DNA of 64,000 bases, taken from positions 28,618 to 92,617 of the forward strand of contig CANQVC010000001.1 in NCBI GenBank assembly GCA_947627195.1, read 5' to 3'. Below the pieces are notes generated by a model, which saw only the letters and a program-made list of their open reading frames with translations, made no database searches and was not told the DNA's origin. The first letter of the stretch is position 1; every line of letters begins with the position of its first letter. The position numbers were made by a program, and so were the translations under genes. The stretch comes from an uncultured Bacilli bacterium (GTDB lineage Bacteria; Bacillota_I; Bacilli_A; ML615J-28; CAG-698). Shown piece after piece: positions 39,673 through 49,664 of the stretch.

Positions 39673-40938
39673 ATGTTAAATAAATATGATATTCAAGTAG
39701 ATGGTGCTAAAACTACCTTAATTAAAACAAATAAGTTTAAAACAGTTTCCGTTATTGTTTCTTTTTTAGGTTCATTTACTAAAGAAAATTGTACATTAAG
39801 ATCAATGCTTACTAGAGTTATTGCTAATACATGTTCTCTTTTTCCTACCAAAAGTTCATTAGCTAGATATGCATTTTCTTTATATGATACAAGTGTATAT
39901 GCTACATATAATGCAACATACAATACATCAATAACAAATTTTGTATTGGATACAATTCATGATAAATATACATTAGATAAAAATGTTTTACAAGAAGCAT
40001 TTAATTTATTACATGAAATTATTTTTAATCCCCATATTATTAATAATGGTTTTGGTGAAATGATTTTTCAAGAAGAAAAACGTTCATTAAAAGATGCCTT
40101 AAATAGTGTTTATAATAATAAAGGTCGTTATGCTTATAAAAGATTATTAGAAAACATGGCACCAAATGAAGTTCTAAGTATTTTTCCTTTAGGATATATT
40201 GACGAATTAGAAAAAATAACTCCCCAATCTTTATATCAATTTTATTTAGAAATGTTGAATAATGAAGAAGTAAGAATTAACATAATTGGTGATTTAGAAC
40301 CAATTCAAGTAGAAAATTATTTCCAAGATTTTCATTTCAATAAAAATAAGGTTGAATTAAAAACATTTGTTTTAAACAAAAATAATAAAGAAGTAAAACA
40401 CATTAAAGAATATCAAGATATTAGACAAGCTAAATTAATGATGGGTTTTCGTAATGATATAACTCATGATAGTCCTTTATATGCCCCATTATTAGTTTTT
40501 AATGCGATGTTTGGCGGAATGTTTGGTTCAACATTATTTTCTGTCATACGTGAAGAAAATAGTTTAGCATATGATGTAAGTTCGGATATAATGGTTGATA
40601 ATGGTGTAATGGTAGTAAGTGCAGGAATTGATTCAAATAAAGAAAATATTGTTATTGATTTAATAATTAAAGAATTTGAAAAATATAAACAAGGAATAAT
40701 TGATGAAAATTTAATTAAACTAGCAAAAGATTTTTTAATTAATGATTTAAATGAAATAGATGATAATCCATATTCAATTTTAATATTTAATTTAAAAAAT
40801 AGTTTAAGAACAAAGAAAACACTAGAAGAAATATTAGAATTAATTAAATCTGTTACTAAAGAAGATATTATTGAAGTAAGTAATCATTTTTATTTAGACA
40901 CAATTTTTGCTTTAAAAGCAGGTGAAGAAAATGAATGA
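39673..40938 (+). CDS. M16-family peptidase-like protein lacking the HxxEH zinc motif (YmfF-like, probably non-catalytic)
   Basis: Length and domain pattern fit M16. No HxxEH motif was found. It is paired with the downstream M16 gene. Confidence 0.7.
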   Translation: MLNKYDIQVDGAKTTLIKTNKFKTVSVIVSFLGSFTKENCTLRSMLTRVIANTCSLFPTKSSLARYAFSLYDTSVYATYNATYNTSITNFVLDTIHDKYTLDKNVLQEAFNLLHEIIFNPHIINNGFGEMIFQEEKRSLKDALNSVYNNKGRYAYKRLLENMAPNEVLSIFPLGYIDELEKITPQSLYQFYLEMLNNEEVRINIIGDLEPIQVENYFQDFHFNKNKVELKTFVLNKNNKEVKHIKEYQDIRQAKLMMGFRNDITHDSPLYAPLLVFNAMFGGMFGSTLFSVIREENSLAYDVSSDIMVDNGVMVVSAGIDSNKENIVIDLIIKEFEKYKQGIIDENLIKLAKDFLINDLNEIDDNPYSILIFNLKNSLRTKKTLEEILELIKSVTKEDIIEVSNHFYLDTIFALKAGEENE

Positions 40939-42232
40939 AATGAAAAAAGAATATTTTAATAATTTAGATGAAACATTATATACCAAAATTTTAGATAATG
41001 GTTTAACAGTTTATTTAATTCCTAAAAGAGATTTTAATAAAATATTTTGTTCGTTTATTACTAAATTTGGTTCAGGAGATATTAAATTTGTGCCAATGAA
41101 TGAAACAGAATATGTTGAAGTACCATTAGGTATAGCTCATTTTCTAGAACATAAAATGTTTGAAATGCCTGGTGGTGTTGATGCCACCAATCTAATGGCA
41201 CAATATGGTGCTGATAGTAATGCTTATACTGATTATAGTCAAACAGCATATGTTGTATCACTCACAAATCATTTTGAAGAAGTATTAAATCTATTACTTG
41301 ATTTTGTTCAAACTCCTTTCTTTACAGATGAAAATGTAAAAAAAGAACAAGGAATAATTATTCAAGAATATAAAATGTATCAAGATATGCCAAGTGATAG
41401 ATTATATACAGGCTTAATGAAAAATCTTTTTAAAAAGAATTTACATCGTGAAGATGTAGTTGGTACAGAAAAATCAATTAGAAGTATTACTAAAGAATTA
41501 TTATATTTATGTTATAACACTTTTTATCATCCATCTAATATGTATATTTGTATATCAGGAAATTTTGATCCACATGTCGCTTTAAAAATAATTGAAGAAA
41601 ATCAAGCTAAAAAACATTTTGTTAAACCATCTATAATTCGAAGAATGTATGCAATTGAATCTAATGTTGTATATCGCAAAAGTGGCTCTTGTAAAATGGA
41701 TATTGTGATGCCTAAAGTAACAGTTGGTTTAAAATTACCATGTTTTGCTTTTGAAGAAGATGAATATTTATTATTAGAATATAAATTAAAAATCATGTTA
41801 GAAAGTACATTTGGTATAACATCGCCAATTTATCAAGAATTGTTAGACCAAGAATTAATAAGTGGATTTTCATATAATTGTTCAATTGATGAAACAAGTT
41901 GTTATTTACGTTTATCAACAAACACTTATAAAGAAAAAGAATTTATTGCTTATATAACCAACAAATTACTTTTAATGCATGAATATCATATATCATTAGA
42001 TGAATTAAATGATATAAAGAAAGCTATAATTGGTAGTTTTATTAGATCATTTAATAATGTTGAATTTATTAGTACTACCTTTTTAGAATATAAATTAAAA
42101 AATAGCAATATTTTTCATATATTAGAAATAATTAATAAAATAACTCCTAAAGATATAGAAGAATTGGGTAAATATTTTGTTAAAGAAGCAATTACGTCAT
42201 TTTGTATCTTACCCAAAAAAGTAAATAATTAA
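40931..42232 (+). CDS. M16-family zinc peptidase (YmfH-like)
   Basis: HFLEHKMFE provides the HxxEH motif. ATG at 40931 lies 6 nt after AGGTGA and overlaps the upstream stop (ATGAATGA). The ORF-track GTG is at 40922. Confidence 0.8.
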   Translation: MNEMKKEYFNNLDETLYTKILDNGLTVYLIPKRDFNKIFCSFITKFGSGDIKFVPMNETEYVEVPLGIAHFLEHKMFEMPGGVDATNLMAQYGADSNAYTDYSQTAYVVSLTNHFEEVLNLLLDFVQTPFFTDENVKKEQGIIIQEYKMYQDMPSDRLYTGLMKNLFKKNLHREDVVGTEKSIRSITKELLYLCYNTFYHPSNMYICISGNFDPHVALKIIEENQAKKHFVKPSIIRRMYAIESNVVYRKSGSCKMDIVMPKVTVGLKLPCFAFEEDEYLLLEYKLKIMLESTFGITSPIYQELLDQELISGFSYNCSIDETSCYLRLSTNTYKEKEFIAYITNKLLLMHEYHISLDELNDIKKAIIGSFIRSFNNVEFISTTFLEYKLKNSNIFHILEIINKITPKDIEELGKYFVKEAITSFCILPKKVNN

Positions 42233-42240
42233 AGAAAGTA

Positions 42241-42270
42241 GTTGATTTAATAAATCAACTTTTTCTTTTT
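42241..42270 (+). terminator. Rho-independent terminator
   Basis: gttgattt-aat-aaatcaac followed by tttttcttttt. Confidence 0.75.
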
Positions 42271-42310
42271 ATAAAATATAAAAAATTTTTTAAAAAATTT
42301 TCAAAATCTA

Positions 42311-42338
42311 TTGACACAATTTAAAAAAAGAGTATAAT
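42311..42338 (+). promoter_or_regulatory. Sigma-A-type promoter of clpB
   Basis: TTGACA, 16 nt spacer, TATAAT. Confidence 0.7.
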
Positions 42339-42342
42339 ATAA

Positions 42343-42369
42343 TTAGCACTCAATGATAAAGAGTGCTAA
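42343..42369 (+). promoter_or_regulatory. CIRCE operator (HrcA binding site)
   Basis: A perfect TTAGCACTC-N9-GAGTGCTAA lies immediately downstream of the -10 box. Confidence 0.9.
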
Positions 42370-42383
42370 AAGGAGGTACAACG

Positions 42384-44486
42384 ATGGAAATGCAAGATTA
42401 TAGCCAAGACAAAAACATTCTTGAAAAATTTGGTCGTGACATTGTTGAAGAAGTGAAGAAAGGTAAGATTGATCCCGTCATCGGCCGTGACGATGAAATC
42501 CGCCGTATTATTCAAATTCTTGCTCGTAAGACCAAAAATAATGTTATTTTAATTGGTGAACCAGGTGTCGGTAAAACAGCAATTATTGAAGGCTTAGCCC
42601 AAAGAATTGTAAAAGAAGATGTTCCTCTAACCTTAAAAAATAAGACAATATATGAATTAGATATGGGTGCCTTAGTTGCTGGGGCAAAATTCAGAGGGGA
42701 ATTCGAAGAAAGATTAAAAGCTGTTTTAAATAAAATCAAAGAAAGCGATGGAAAGATTATTCTTTTCATTGATGAAATTCATTTAATTGTAGGAGCTGGT
42801 AAAGCTGATGGAGCACTAGATGCAGGAAATATGTTAAAACCTATGCTAGCTCGTGGTGAAATTGATTGTATTGGTGCAACGACTTTAAATGAATATCGTA
42901 TGTATATTGAAAAAGATCGCGCATTAGAAAGACGTTTCCAACAAGTTCTTGTTAAAGAACCAACTGTGGAAGATAGTATTAGTATTTTAAGAGGATTAAA
43001 AGAAAGATTTGAATCACATCATGGTGTACGTATAACTGATAATGCAATAGTAAGTGCTGTAACATTATCTAATCGTTATCTAACAGATCGATTCTTACCT
43101 GATAAAGCCATTGATTTAATAGATGAAGCATGTGCTAATATTAAAGTTGAAATTGAATCAATGCCAACTGAATTAGATGAAGTAACTCGTAAGATTACTC
43201 AATTACAAATTGAAAAAGTTGCCTTAACAAAAGAAACTGATAAAAATAGCAAAGAAAGACTATCTAAACTAGAAGAAGAATTAAAATCATTAAGGGATGA
43301 AGAATCATCTCTTACTAAACGTTGGCAAGATGAAAAGAAAGCTATTTCGCAAGCTAAAGAAACAAAAAATAAGCTTGAAAAAGCTAAATTTGAATTAGAC
43401 CAAGCTTTTAATAGTGGTGATTATAAAAGGGCTTCGGAATTAAAATATCAAACTATTCCCTCATTAGAAAAAGAATTGGAAAATTATAATTTAGGTTCTA
43501 AAGAAGATCATTTATTAAGTGAAGAAGTAACTGAAGAAATGATTGCGAAAATAATTGCGAAAAGTACTAATATTCCAATTTCTAAAATAATGAAAGGTGA
43601 TAGAGAAAAAGTTCTAAATTTAAAAGAAACTTTAATGAAAAGAGTAATTGGTCAAGATGAAGCATTAACATTAGTTAGTGATTCAATTCTTCGTCAAAGA
43701 GCAGGAATTAAAGACCAAAATCGTCCTATTGGTTCATTCTTATTCTTAGGTCCAACAGGTGTAGGTAAAACAGAAGTTGCGAAAAGTTTAGCTGAAGCTT
43801 TATTTGATAGTGAACAACATATTGTTAGACTTGATATGAGTGAATATATGGAAAAATTCTCTGTTAGTAGATTAATTGGAGCACCTCCTGGATATGTTGG
43901 ATATGAAGAAGGCGGACAATTAACGGAAAAAGTAAGAAGAAATCCTTATTCAATTGTTTTATTTGATGAAATTGAAAAAGCTCATACCGATGTATTTAAT
44001 ATTTTATTACAAATATTAGATGATGGAAGATTGACAGATTCTCAAGGTAGAGTAGTTGATTTTAAAAATACAATTATTATTATGACATCTAATTTAGGTA
44101 GTGAATATCTATTAAATGATAAAAGTGAAGATAAAGTAATGGAATTATTAAAAACAAAATTCCGTCCAGAATTCTTAAATAGAATTGATGAAATAATTAC
44201 TTTCCATCCATTAAATAAAGATGTTCAATTAAAGATTGTTGATAAATTATTAAATCAATTAGCAGATCGTTTAAAAGAACAATATATATCTATTGAATTT
44301 AGTGATGATGTAAAACATTATATTTTAGATCATTCATATACCCCAGAATATGGTGCACGTCCAGTTAAACGTTACATTCAAAGAGAAGTTGAAACATTAC
44401 TAGCTCGTGATATTATTACAGGTAAACTAACCTCAGAACGTAAATATATTGTTGGTATAGTTAATGGTAAAATTTCTGTTTATTAA
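42384..44486 (+). CDS. clpB: ClpB disaggregase lacking the N-terminal domain (700 aa)
   Basis: RBS AAAGGAGGT, ATG at 42384. Two AAA+ modules are present ([10 protein letters not shown]; GPTGVGKTE). A long coiled-coil M-domain lies between them. The sequence starts at the equivalent of the ...[15 protein letters not shown] region. Confidence 0.9.
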   Translation: MEMQDYSQDKNILEKFGRDIVEEVKKGKIDPVIGRDDEIRRIIQILARKTKNNVILIGEPGVGKTAIIEGLAQRIVKEDVPLTLKNKTIYELDMGALVAGAKFRGEFEERLKAVLNKIKESDGKIILFIDEIHLIVGAGKADGALDAGNMLKPMLARGEIDCIGATTLNEYRMYIEKDRALERRFQQVLVKEPTVEDSISILRGLKERFESHHGVRITDNAIVSAVTLSNRYLTDRFLPDKAIDLIDEACANIKVEIESMPTELDEVTRKITQLQIEKVALTKETDKNSKERLSKLEEELKSLRDEESSLTKRWQDEKKAISQAKETKNKLEKAKFELDQAFNSGDYKRASELKYQTIPSLEKELENYNLGSKEDHLLSEEVTEEMIAKIIAKSTNIPISKIMKGDREKVLNLKETLMKRVIGQDEALTLVSDSILRQRAGIKDQNRPIGSFLFLGPTGVGKTEVAKSLAEALFDSEQHIVRLDMSEYMEKFSVSRLIGAPPGYVGYEEGGQLTEKVRRNPYSIVLFDEIEKAHTDVFNILLQILDDGRLTDSQGRVVDFKNTIIIMTSNLGSEYLLNDKSEDKVMELLKTKFRPEFLNRIDEIITFHPLNKDVQLKIVDKLLNQLADRLKEQYISIEFSDDVKHYILDHSYTPEYGARPVKRYIQREVETLLARDIITGKLTSERKYIVGIVNGKISVY

Positions 44487-44508
44487 AAAACAATAAAATG
44501 TTTTTAAA

Positions 44509-44537
44509 AGATAGGTTTACGAACCTGTCTTTTTTTG
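44509..44537 (+). terminator. Rho-independent terminator
   Basis: agataggtt-tacg-aacctgtct followed by ttttttt. Confidence 0.75.
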
Positions 44538-44573
44538 ATATAATATTATAGAATATATACGAGGTTATTAAAT

Positions 44574-45311
44574 ATGTTAGAAATTATTATATCCCAACAA
44601 ACTTTTAATGAAAGAAAAAATAAACCAATTATTTATCAATTTTCGAAAATAGAAGAAAAAATTGCAATTAATCAATTAGTTAAAATAAAATGTAATGATG
44701 AAATAAGTTATGGAAAAATAACTAAAATAGATTCATCATTTACGTGTACAATTATCGATTTAGAAGCAACATTTGATTTAAAAGAAACAATGCATAAATC
44801 AGATTATGTTTTTTCAGGTAATTTATTAACCATAAAAAAAGATACCATTTCTTTACCAAATGGTAAAGGAGCATATCGGGAAGTAATTGAACATCCAGGA
44901 GCATCTGCCATTTTAGTTATAAATGAAAATAATGAAATATATTTAGAAAGACAATATCGTTACCCAATTAACGATGTCGTCTTAGAAATACCAGCAGGAA
45001 AATTAAATCATAATGAAGATCCATTAAATGCTGCTAAAAGAGAATTAGCTGAAGAAACAGGATTAATTGCTAATAATATAAAAAAAATTGGTGAAATTTA
45101 TCCGGCAATTGGTTATAGTGATGAAATTATTCATATATATTTAGTTACATCATTTACCAAAGGTAATTTAAATTTAGATGAAGATGAATTTGTTGATGTA
45201 ATATTAGTTCCATTAGAACTAGTTATTGAATGGATAAAAGAAGGTAAAATAAAAGATTCTAAAACAATTTCTTCAATATATTATTATTTATTAACAAAAA
45301 ATTTTAAATAG
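44574..45311 (+). CDS. nudF: NUDIX hydrolase, ADP-ribose pyrophosphatase-like, with a ~70-aa N-terminal extension
   Basis: The Nudix box is GKLNHNEDPLNAAKRELAEETG. The preceding GNLLTIKKDTISLPNGK...REVIEHPGA is typical of NudF. A strong RBS precedes 44574. Confidence 0.8.
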   Translation: MLEIIISQQTFNERKNKPIIYQFSKIEEKIAINQLVKIKCNDEISYGKITKIDSSFTCTIIDLEATFDLKETMHKSDYVFSGNLLTIKKDTISLPNGKGAYREVIEHPGASAILVINENNEIYLERQYRYPINDVVLEIPAGKLNHNEDPLNAAKRELAEETGLIANNIKKIGEIYPAIGYSDEIIHIYLVTSFTKGNLNLDEDEFVDVILVPLELVIEWIKEGKIKDSKTISSIYYYLLTKNFK

Positions 45312-45317
45312 TCTCTT

Positions 45318-45346
45318 TTGACTTTAAACAAATAATGGTGTATAAT
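45318..45346 (+). promoter_or_regulatory. Sigma-A-type promoter of feoAB
   Basis: TTGACT, 17 nt spacer, TATAAT. Confidence 0.65.
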
Positions 45347-45378
45347 ATTTAAAATATAATGTATTATTAGGAGGGAAA

Positions 45379-45645
45379 ATGTTGAAAAAAGGTCGATTAA
45401 AAGCTGGAGATACAGGTCATTTGAGTGATTTAAAAAAGGGTCAAATAGCCCGTATAACAGCTTTACATAATGACAATTTAGCTCTTAGAAGACATTTATT
45501 AGATATGGGATTAACAACTGATGTAATTGTGAAAATTAAAAAAATAGCTCCAATGGGAGATCCAATAGATATTGAACTTCGTGGATATGAATTGTGTATT
45601 AGAAGAATCGATATGGAAAATATAGATATAGTGGTGATTGAATAA
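45379..45645 (+). CDS. feoA: FeoA-family protein
   Basis: 88 aa with an SH3-like FeoA pattern (I..L......RRHLLDMGLT....V.......GDPI.I.LRGY.L..R). It lies directly upstream of feoB. Confidence 0.85.
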   Translation: MLKKGRLKAGDTGHLSDLKKGQIARITALHNDNLALRRHLLDMGLTTDVIVKIKKIAPMGDPIDIELRGYELCIRRIDMENIDIVVIE

Positions 45646-47885
45646 TGAAAATAGCTCTTGTTGGTAACCAAAATAGTGGTAAAACAAGTTTGTTTAATTT
45701 ATTAACAGGAACAAATCAAAAAGTTGGTAATTGGCCAGGAGTAACAATAGAAAGAAAAATTGGTACAATAAAAAATACTAATCATGAAGTTGTTGATTTA
45801 CCTGGAATATATTCATTAAGTCCATATACAACTGAAGAAGAAGTTTCAAGAAAATTTGTTTTAGAAGATAAACCAGATTTAATAATTAATATAATTGATG
45901 CAACTTGTATTGAAAGAAGTCTTTATTTAACAACCCAATTATTAGAATTAGATTGTCCAGTTATTATTGCCTTAAATATGTGTGACATGTTAGAAAAAAA
46001 AGGAATAGATATTGATACATCTATTTTATCTGATAATTTAAAAACAACTATTATTAAAATATCAGCCTTAAAAAGATCAGGAATAGATACACTAATTCAA
46101 ATAATAAATAATAGAACTTATTTACCTAATATTCATAATGAAATATATCCCAATGATATTGAAAAATGTTTAAATAAAATCATTTTAAATTTAAATTGTG
46201 ATAATAAAAGATTTATTGCAGTGAAAATGTTAGAAGATGATCCATCATTTAAAACTAATGATGAATATATATTAAATGAAAGAAAACAAATAGAACAAAA
46301 ATACAAATATGATATTGAACAAATTATTGCTAATGAAAGATATAATTATATCATTGATGTTAAACAAAAATCAGTAAAAGTTAAATCAAAAGGAGAAAGT
46401 ATTACTGATAAATTAGATAAAATATTTTTAAATAAATGGTTAGCTATTCCTATTTTTATTTGTATTATGGCTTTAGTTTATTTTTTAGCTGTAAGTCCAT
46501 ATGTTGGTGGAGCACTTTCTGATATAATTGATTCATTGTTTCAAAAATTATCTTCATCATTAGAAACATTACTAACAAATATTGGTGCTTCATATTGGAT
46601 AGTAAGTCTTATATGTAATGGTATATTAGCAGGAATAAGTGCTGTTTTAAGTTTTGTGCCTCAACTTATCATTTTGTTTTTATGTATTTCTTTATTAGAA
46701 ACATCAGGATATATGAGTAGAATAGCTTTTTTCTTAGATAAAGTTTTTCGTAAATTTGGTTTATCAGGAAAAAGTTTAATTCCTTTTATTGTTGGATCGG
46801 GATGTAGTGTTCCTGGAATAATGAGTACGAGAACTGTGGAAGATGAAACTGAAAGAAGAATGACAATAATGTTAACACCATTCATTCCATGTAGTGCTAA
46901 ATTACCAATAATCATTCTTTTTGCCACAAACTTTTTTACTAAAGCTGTTCCATGGATTACAATTTCAGTATATTTTTTATCAATTGTAATTATTTTATTA
47001 AGTGCAATTGTTATGAAAAAATTCTTTTTTAAATCATCATCTTCCGTTTTTATATCAGAACTTCCTGAATATAAATTACCAAGTCCTAGATATGTATTAA
47101 GAGATGTCTTTGATAAATCAGTTGCATTTATTAAAAGAGCAGGTACGATTATTTTACTTTGTTCAGTAATTGTTTGGTTATTATTATCATTTAGTTGGAA
47201 AATGGAATATACTGATAGTCCATGGCAAGTAATAGATGATATTTCTATTGAATCATTAGCTGAAGAAGTTGGATATGATTCATTTAATGTTACTGATAAT
47301 AATGTTCAAGCTAAATATGAAAATAATTTATATCTACGTTTTAAAGATGGTGAATGGTCAGAATGGTATATTTATCCTCTTACTTTAGAAAAATATTTTA
47401 ATGGTAATCAAGATCAAAGAAAAGAAATTGTTGTGAAAATTGATGACAAAAAAATTGAAGCTAAATATTCTTTAGGAATTGATAACAGTATATTAGCCTC
47501 TATTGGTAAAGCTTTTTCTTGGATTTTTTATCCAATTTTAGGGGAAAGGAATTGGGGCGCAACAGTTTCTGCTGTACAAGGTTTAGTTGCAAAAGAACAA
47601 GTAGTTTCTTCAATGTCTGTTATTGCAGGATTAGCTGATAACGTCAGTGATTCAGATGCCATTTTTAGTTCAAAAATATTTAGTAATATGACGCCATTAT
47701 CTAGTTATGCCTTTATGGTATTTAATTTATTTAGTGCTCCTTGCTTTGGGGCAATAGGGGCAATGTATAAAGAACTAGGCAGTAAAAAGAAATTATTAAT
47801 TGCCATATCTTTTCAAACAGGACTAGCATGGATTCTCGGAAGTCTTATTTTTGGCATTGGTTCTTTAATATTAAAGGTGATATAA
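45645..47885 (+). CDS. feoB: Ferrous iron transporter FeoB
   Basis: The N-terminal G-domain reads IALVGNQNSGKTSLFN. Polytopic C-terminus. The start overlaps the feoA stop (TAATG). Confidence 0.93.
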   Translation: MKIALVGNQNSGKTSLFNLLTGTNQKVGNWPGVTIERKIGTIKNTNHEVVDLPGIYSLSPYTTEEEVSRKFVLEDKPDLIINIIDATCIERSLYLTTQLLELDCPVIIALNMCDMLEKKGIDIDTSILSDNLKTTIIKISALKRSGIDTLIQIINNRTYLPNIHNEIYPNDIEKCLNKIILNLNCDNKRFIAVKMLEDDPSFKTNDEYILNERKQIEQKYKYDIEQIIANERYNYIIDVKQKSVKVKSKGESITDKLDKIFLNKWLAIPIFICIMALVYFLAVSPYVGGALSDIIDSLFQKLSSSLETLLTNIGASYWIVSLICNGILAGISAVLSFVPQLIILFLCISLLETSGYMSRIAFFLDKVFRKFGLSGKSLIPFIVGSGCSVPGIMSTRTVEDETERRMTIMLTPFIPCSAKLPIIILFATNFFTKAVPWITISVYFLSIVIILLSAIVMKKFFFKSSSSVFISELPEYKLPSPRYVLRDVFDKSVAFIKRAGTIILLCSVIVWLLLSFSWKMEYTDSPWQVIDDISIESLAEEVGYDSFNVTDNNVQAKYENNLYLRFKDGEWSEWYIYPLTLEKYFNGNQDQRKEIVVKIDDKKIEAKYSLGIDNSILASIGKAFSWIFYPILGERNWGATVSAVQGLVAKEQVVSSMSVIAGLADNVSDSDAIFSSKIFSNMTPLSSYAFMVFNLFSAPCFGAIGAMYKELGSKKKLLIAISFQTGLAWILGSLIFGIGSLILKVI

Positions 47886-48112
47886 TGAATTTTGTCGATA
47901 TAATTTTATTAATTATTATTATAATAGTTTTATCATTAATTTTCTATTTTGGTATTATTAAAAATAATTCTTCACCTTGTAAGAATTGTCATAATAAAAA
48001 TTGTCATAAAGATATTAAACAAAATGATATAAATTGTTGTAGTAAATGTAATAAATCAGATAATAATAATATTAATAATATTAATAATATTAATAATATT
48101 AATAATAAATAA
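47885..48112 (+). CDS. FeoB-associated Cys-rich membrane peptide (75 aa)
   Basis: The ATG overlaps the feoB stop. It has one TM followed by CKNCHNKNC...CCSKC. The ORF-track start at 47828 lies inside feoB. Confidence 0.7.
   Translation: MNFVDIILLIIIIIVLSLIFYFGIIKNNSSPCKNCHNKNCHKDIKQNDINCCSKCNKSDNNNINNINNINNINNK
48065..48100 (+). repeat. (aataatatt)x4 microsatellite encoding (NNI)4 at the peptide C-terminus
   Basis: Read directly from the sequence. Confidence 0.9.
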
Positions 48113-48145
48113 TTAATAGCAATAATATAAGAAAGAAGGGAAAAA

Positions 48146-48790
48146 ATGTCTAAAAAATATCTACTACCAATTATATCAACAATTATTGGTATTGCTAGTT
48201 GCATATATCGCATATTTACATATGATGTTAAATTACCAGATATTTTAATTATGGTGTGTTTATTTATATTAATATGGATGGTACATTTTTTAAAATTATT
48301 TAAAATGCCATTTGGTTTAGAAATAATTTATGATATATTTCTAACATTAGCAATATCATTAGGAAGTATAATGAAATTATATGATAGATTTTCATGGTGG
48401 GATATTTTATGTCATACATATTGGGGATATATTGGTTGTTATTTAGGCTTAATTTTCCTTTGTAAATTCAAATATTATCATTTAACCCCCGTATTATTTG
48501 CTTTCTTTTGTTTTATTACATCAATGGCATGTGCATCATTATGGGAATGCTTTGAATTTACTGCCGATCGTATTTTTTCTTTAAATTTTCAACATTGGGA
48601 AGATACAGGAGTATTTGATACAATGTATGATATATTATGTAATCTTACTGGTGCATGTATATTTATAATTCATTATATTATTGATTATTTTTGTTTTAAA
48701 AAGAATTTTATAGGTAATATTATTAATGCTTTAAAACCATTAAGTTTAAATGTATCGAATAAAGAAGAGGAAAATAATGAAAAAATATGA
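48146..48790 (+). CDS. Hypothetical integral membrane protein
   Basis: RBS GAAGGGA. It has 5-6 hydrophobic segments. No motif was assigned with confidence. Confidence 0.6.
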   Translation: MSKKYLLPIISTIIGIASCIYRIFTYDVKLPDILIMVCLFILIWMVHFLKLFKMPFGLEIIYDIFLTLAISLGSIMKLYDRFSWWDILCHTYWGYIGCYLGLIFLCKFKYYHLTPVLFAFFCFITSMACASLWECFEFTADRIFSLNFQHWEDTGVFDTMYDILCNLTGACIFIIHYIIDYFCFKKNFIGNIINALKPLSLNVSNKEEENNEKI

Positions 48791-49457
48791 TGTTCTTTTA
48801 TTTGACGCTGATGATACTCTTTTAGATTTTACGCAATCTGAAAAAATAGCAGTACAAGAAGTTATGAAACATTATGGAATTAATCCAACTTTAGAAAATT
48901 GTCAATTATATCATGAAATTAATATTAATTATTGGAAAATGTTTGAAAATAATTTAATTGATAAACCTAGTTTATTAGTTAAAAGATTTGCTGAATTTTT
49001 TGATAAATTAGGTAAAAAAGAAAATCCCGAAGAAATTAATAAATTATATTTTTCAATCTTACGTGAACAATCTATTCTTTTACCTAATGCTTTAGAACTT
49101 GTGAAAAGAATTAGTAAACAATATCCATTATATATCGTTACAAATGGAACAGCAATTGTTCAAGAAAGAAGAATGGAATTATCACCAATAAAACAATATA
49201 TTACCAAAATATATATATCTGAAAAAATAGGTTATCAAAAACCTAAAAAAGAATTCTTTGATTATGTTTTTAATGATTTAAAAATAACAAATCCTCAAAG
49301 AGTAATATTATTAGGCGATAGTTTAACATCTGATATTCAAGGTGGAGTTAATGCGGGAATTGATACATGTTGGTTCAATCCTCGTCATAAAGTAGCGACG
49401 ATTAACTCTACATATGAAATAGATAATTTACTAGATTTTATCAACATAATAAAATAA
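48777..49457 (+). CDS. HAD-superfamily hydrolase (YjjG-like nucleotidase subfamily)
   Basis: MKKYDVLLFDADDTLLDF carries the DxDxT motif. LYIVTNG and GDSLTSDIQGG are present. ATG at 48777 rather than the ORF-track 48750. Confidence 0.8.
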   Translation: MKKYDVLLFDADDTLLDFTQSEKIAVQEVMKHYGINPTLENCQLYHEININYWKMFENNLIDKPSLLVKRFAEFFDKLGKKENPEEINKLYFSILREQSILLPNALELVKRISKQYPLYIVTNGTAIVQERRMELSPIKQYITKIYISEKIGYQKPKKEFFDYVFNDLKITNPQRVILLGDSLTSDIQGGVNAGIDTCWFNPRHKVATINSTYEIDNLLDFINIIK

Positions 49458-49463
49458 AAAATG

Positions 49464-49495
49464 AAAGTCAATAGAAATGTTGACTTTTTTATTTT
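49464..49495 (+). terminator. Rho-independent terminator
   Basis: aaagtcaa-tagaaatg-ttgacttt followed by a T-run. Confidence 0.75.
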
Positions 49496-49531
49496 GCTGT
49501 CATGCTTTTTATTTTTTCGACATTACTCTTG

Positions 49532-49540
49532 TGATATACT
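49532..49540 (+). promoter_or_regulatory. Possible extended -10 promoter (TGaTATACT) of the sipW operon
   Basis: TG-n-TATACT with a poor -35. It lies ~125 nt upstream of the sipW start. Confidence 0.35.
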
Positions 49541-49664
49541 ACATGTAATAAATAAAATAATAAAAAATATTAAATATAATTGTAGGAAATAATCAATTAA
49601 TAATAATTTATAAATATTTAATTTATATATAATATATATAATCAAAGAGGTGCATAAAAACAAT

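Noticed and set aside
45312-45378. Fur box in the feoAB promoter.
   Set aside because: I saw no convincing match to the 19-bp GATAATGATAATCATTATC-type palindrome. There is only generic AT-rich sequence.
8244-49664. c-di-GMP (GEMM-I/II) riboswitches upstream of the surface-protein operons. I checked 8244-8330, 14125-14372 and 49458-49664.
   Set aside because: These leaders are almost pure A/T. They lack G/C-rich helices and the conserved GEMM motifs.
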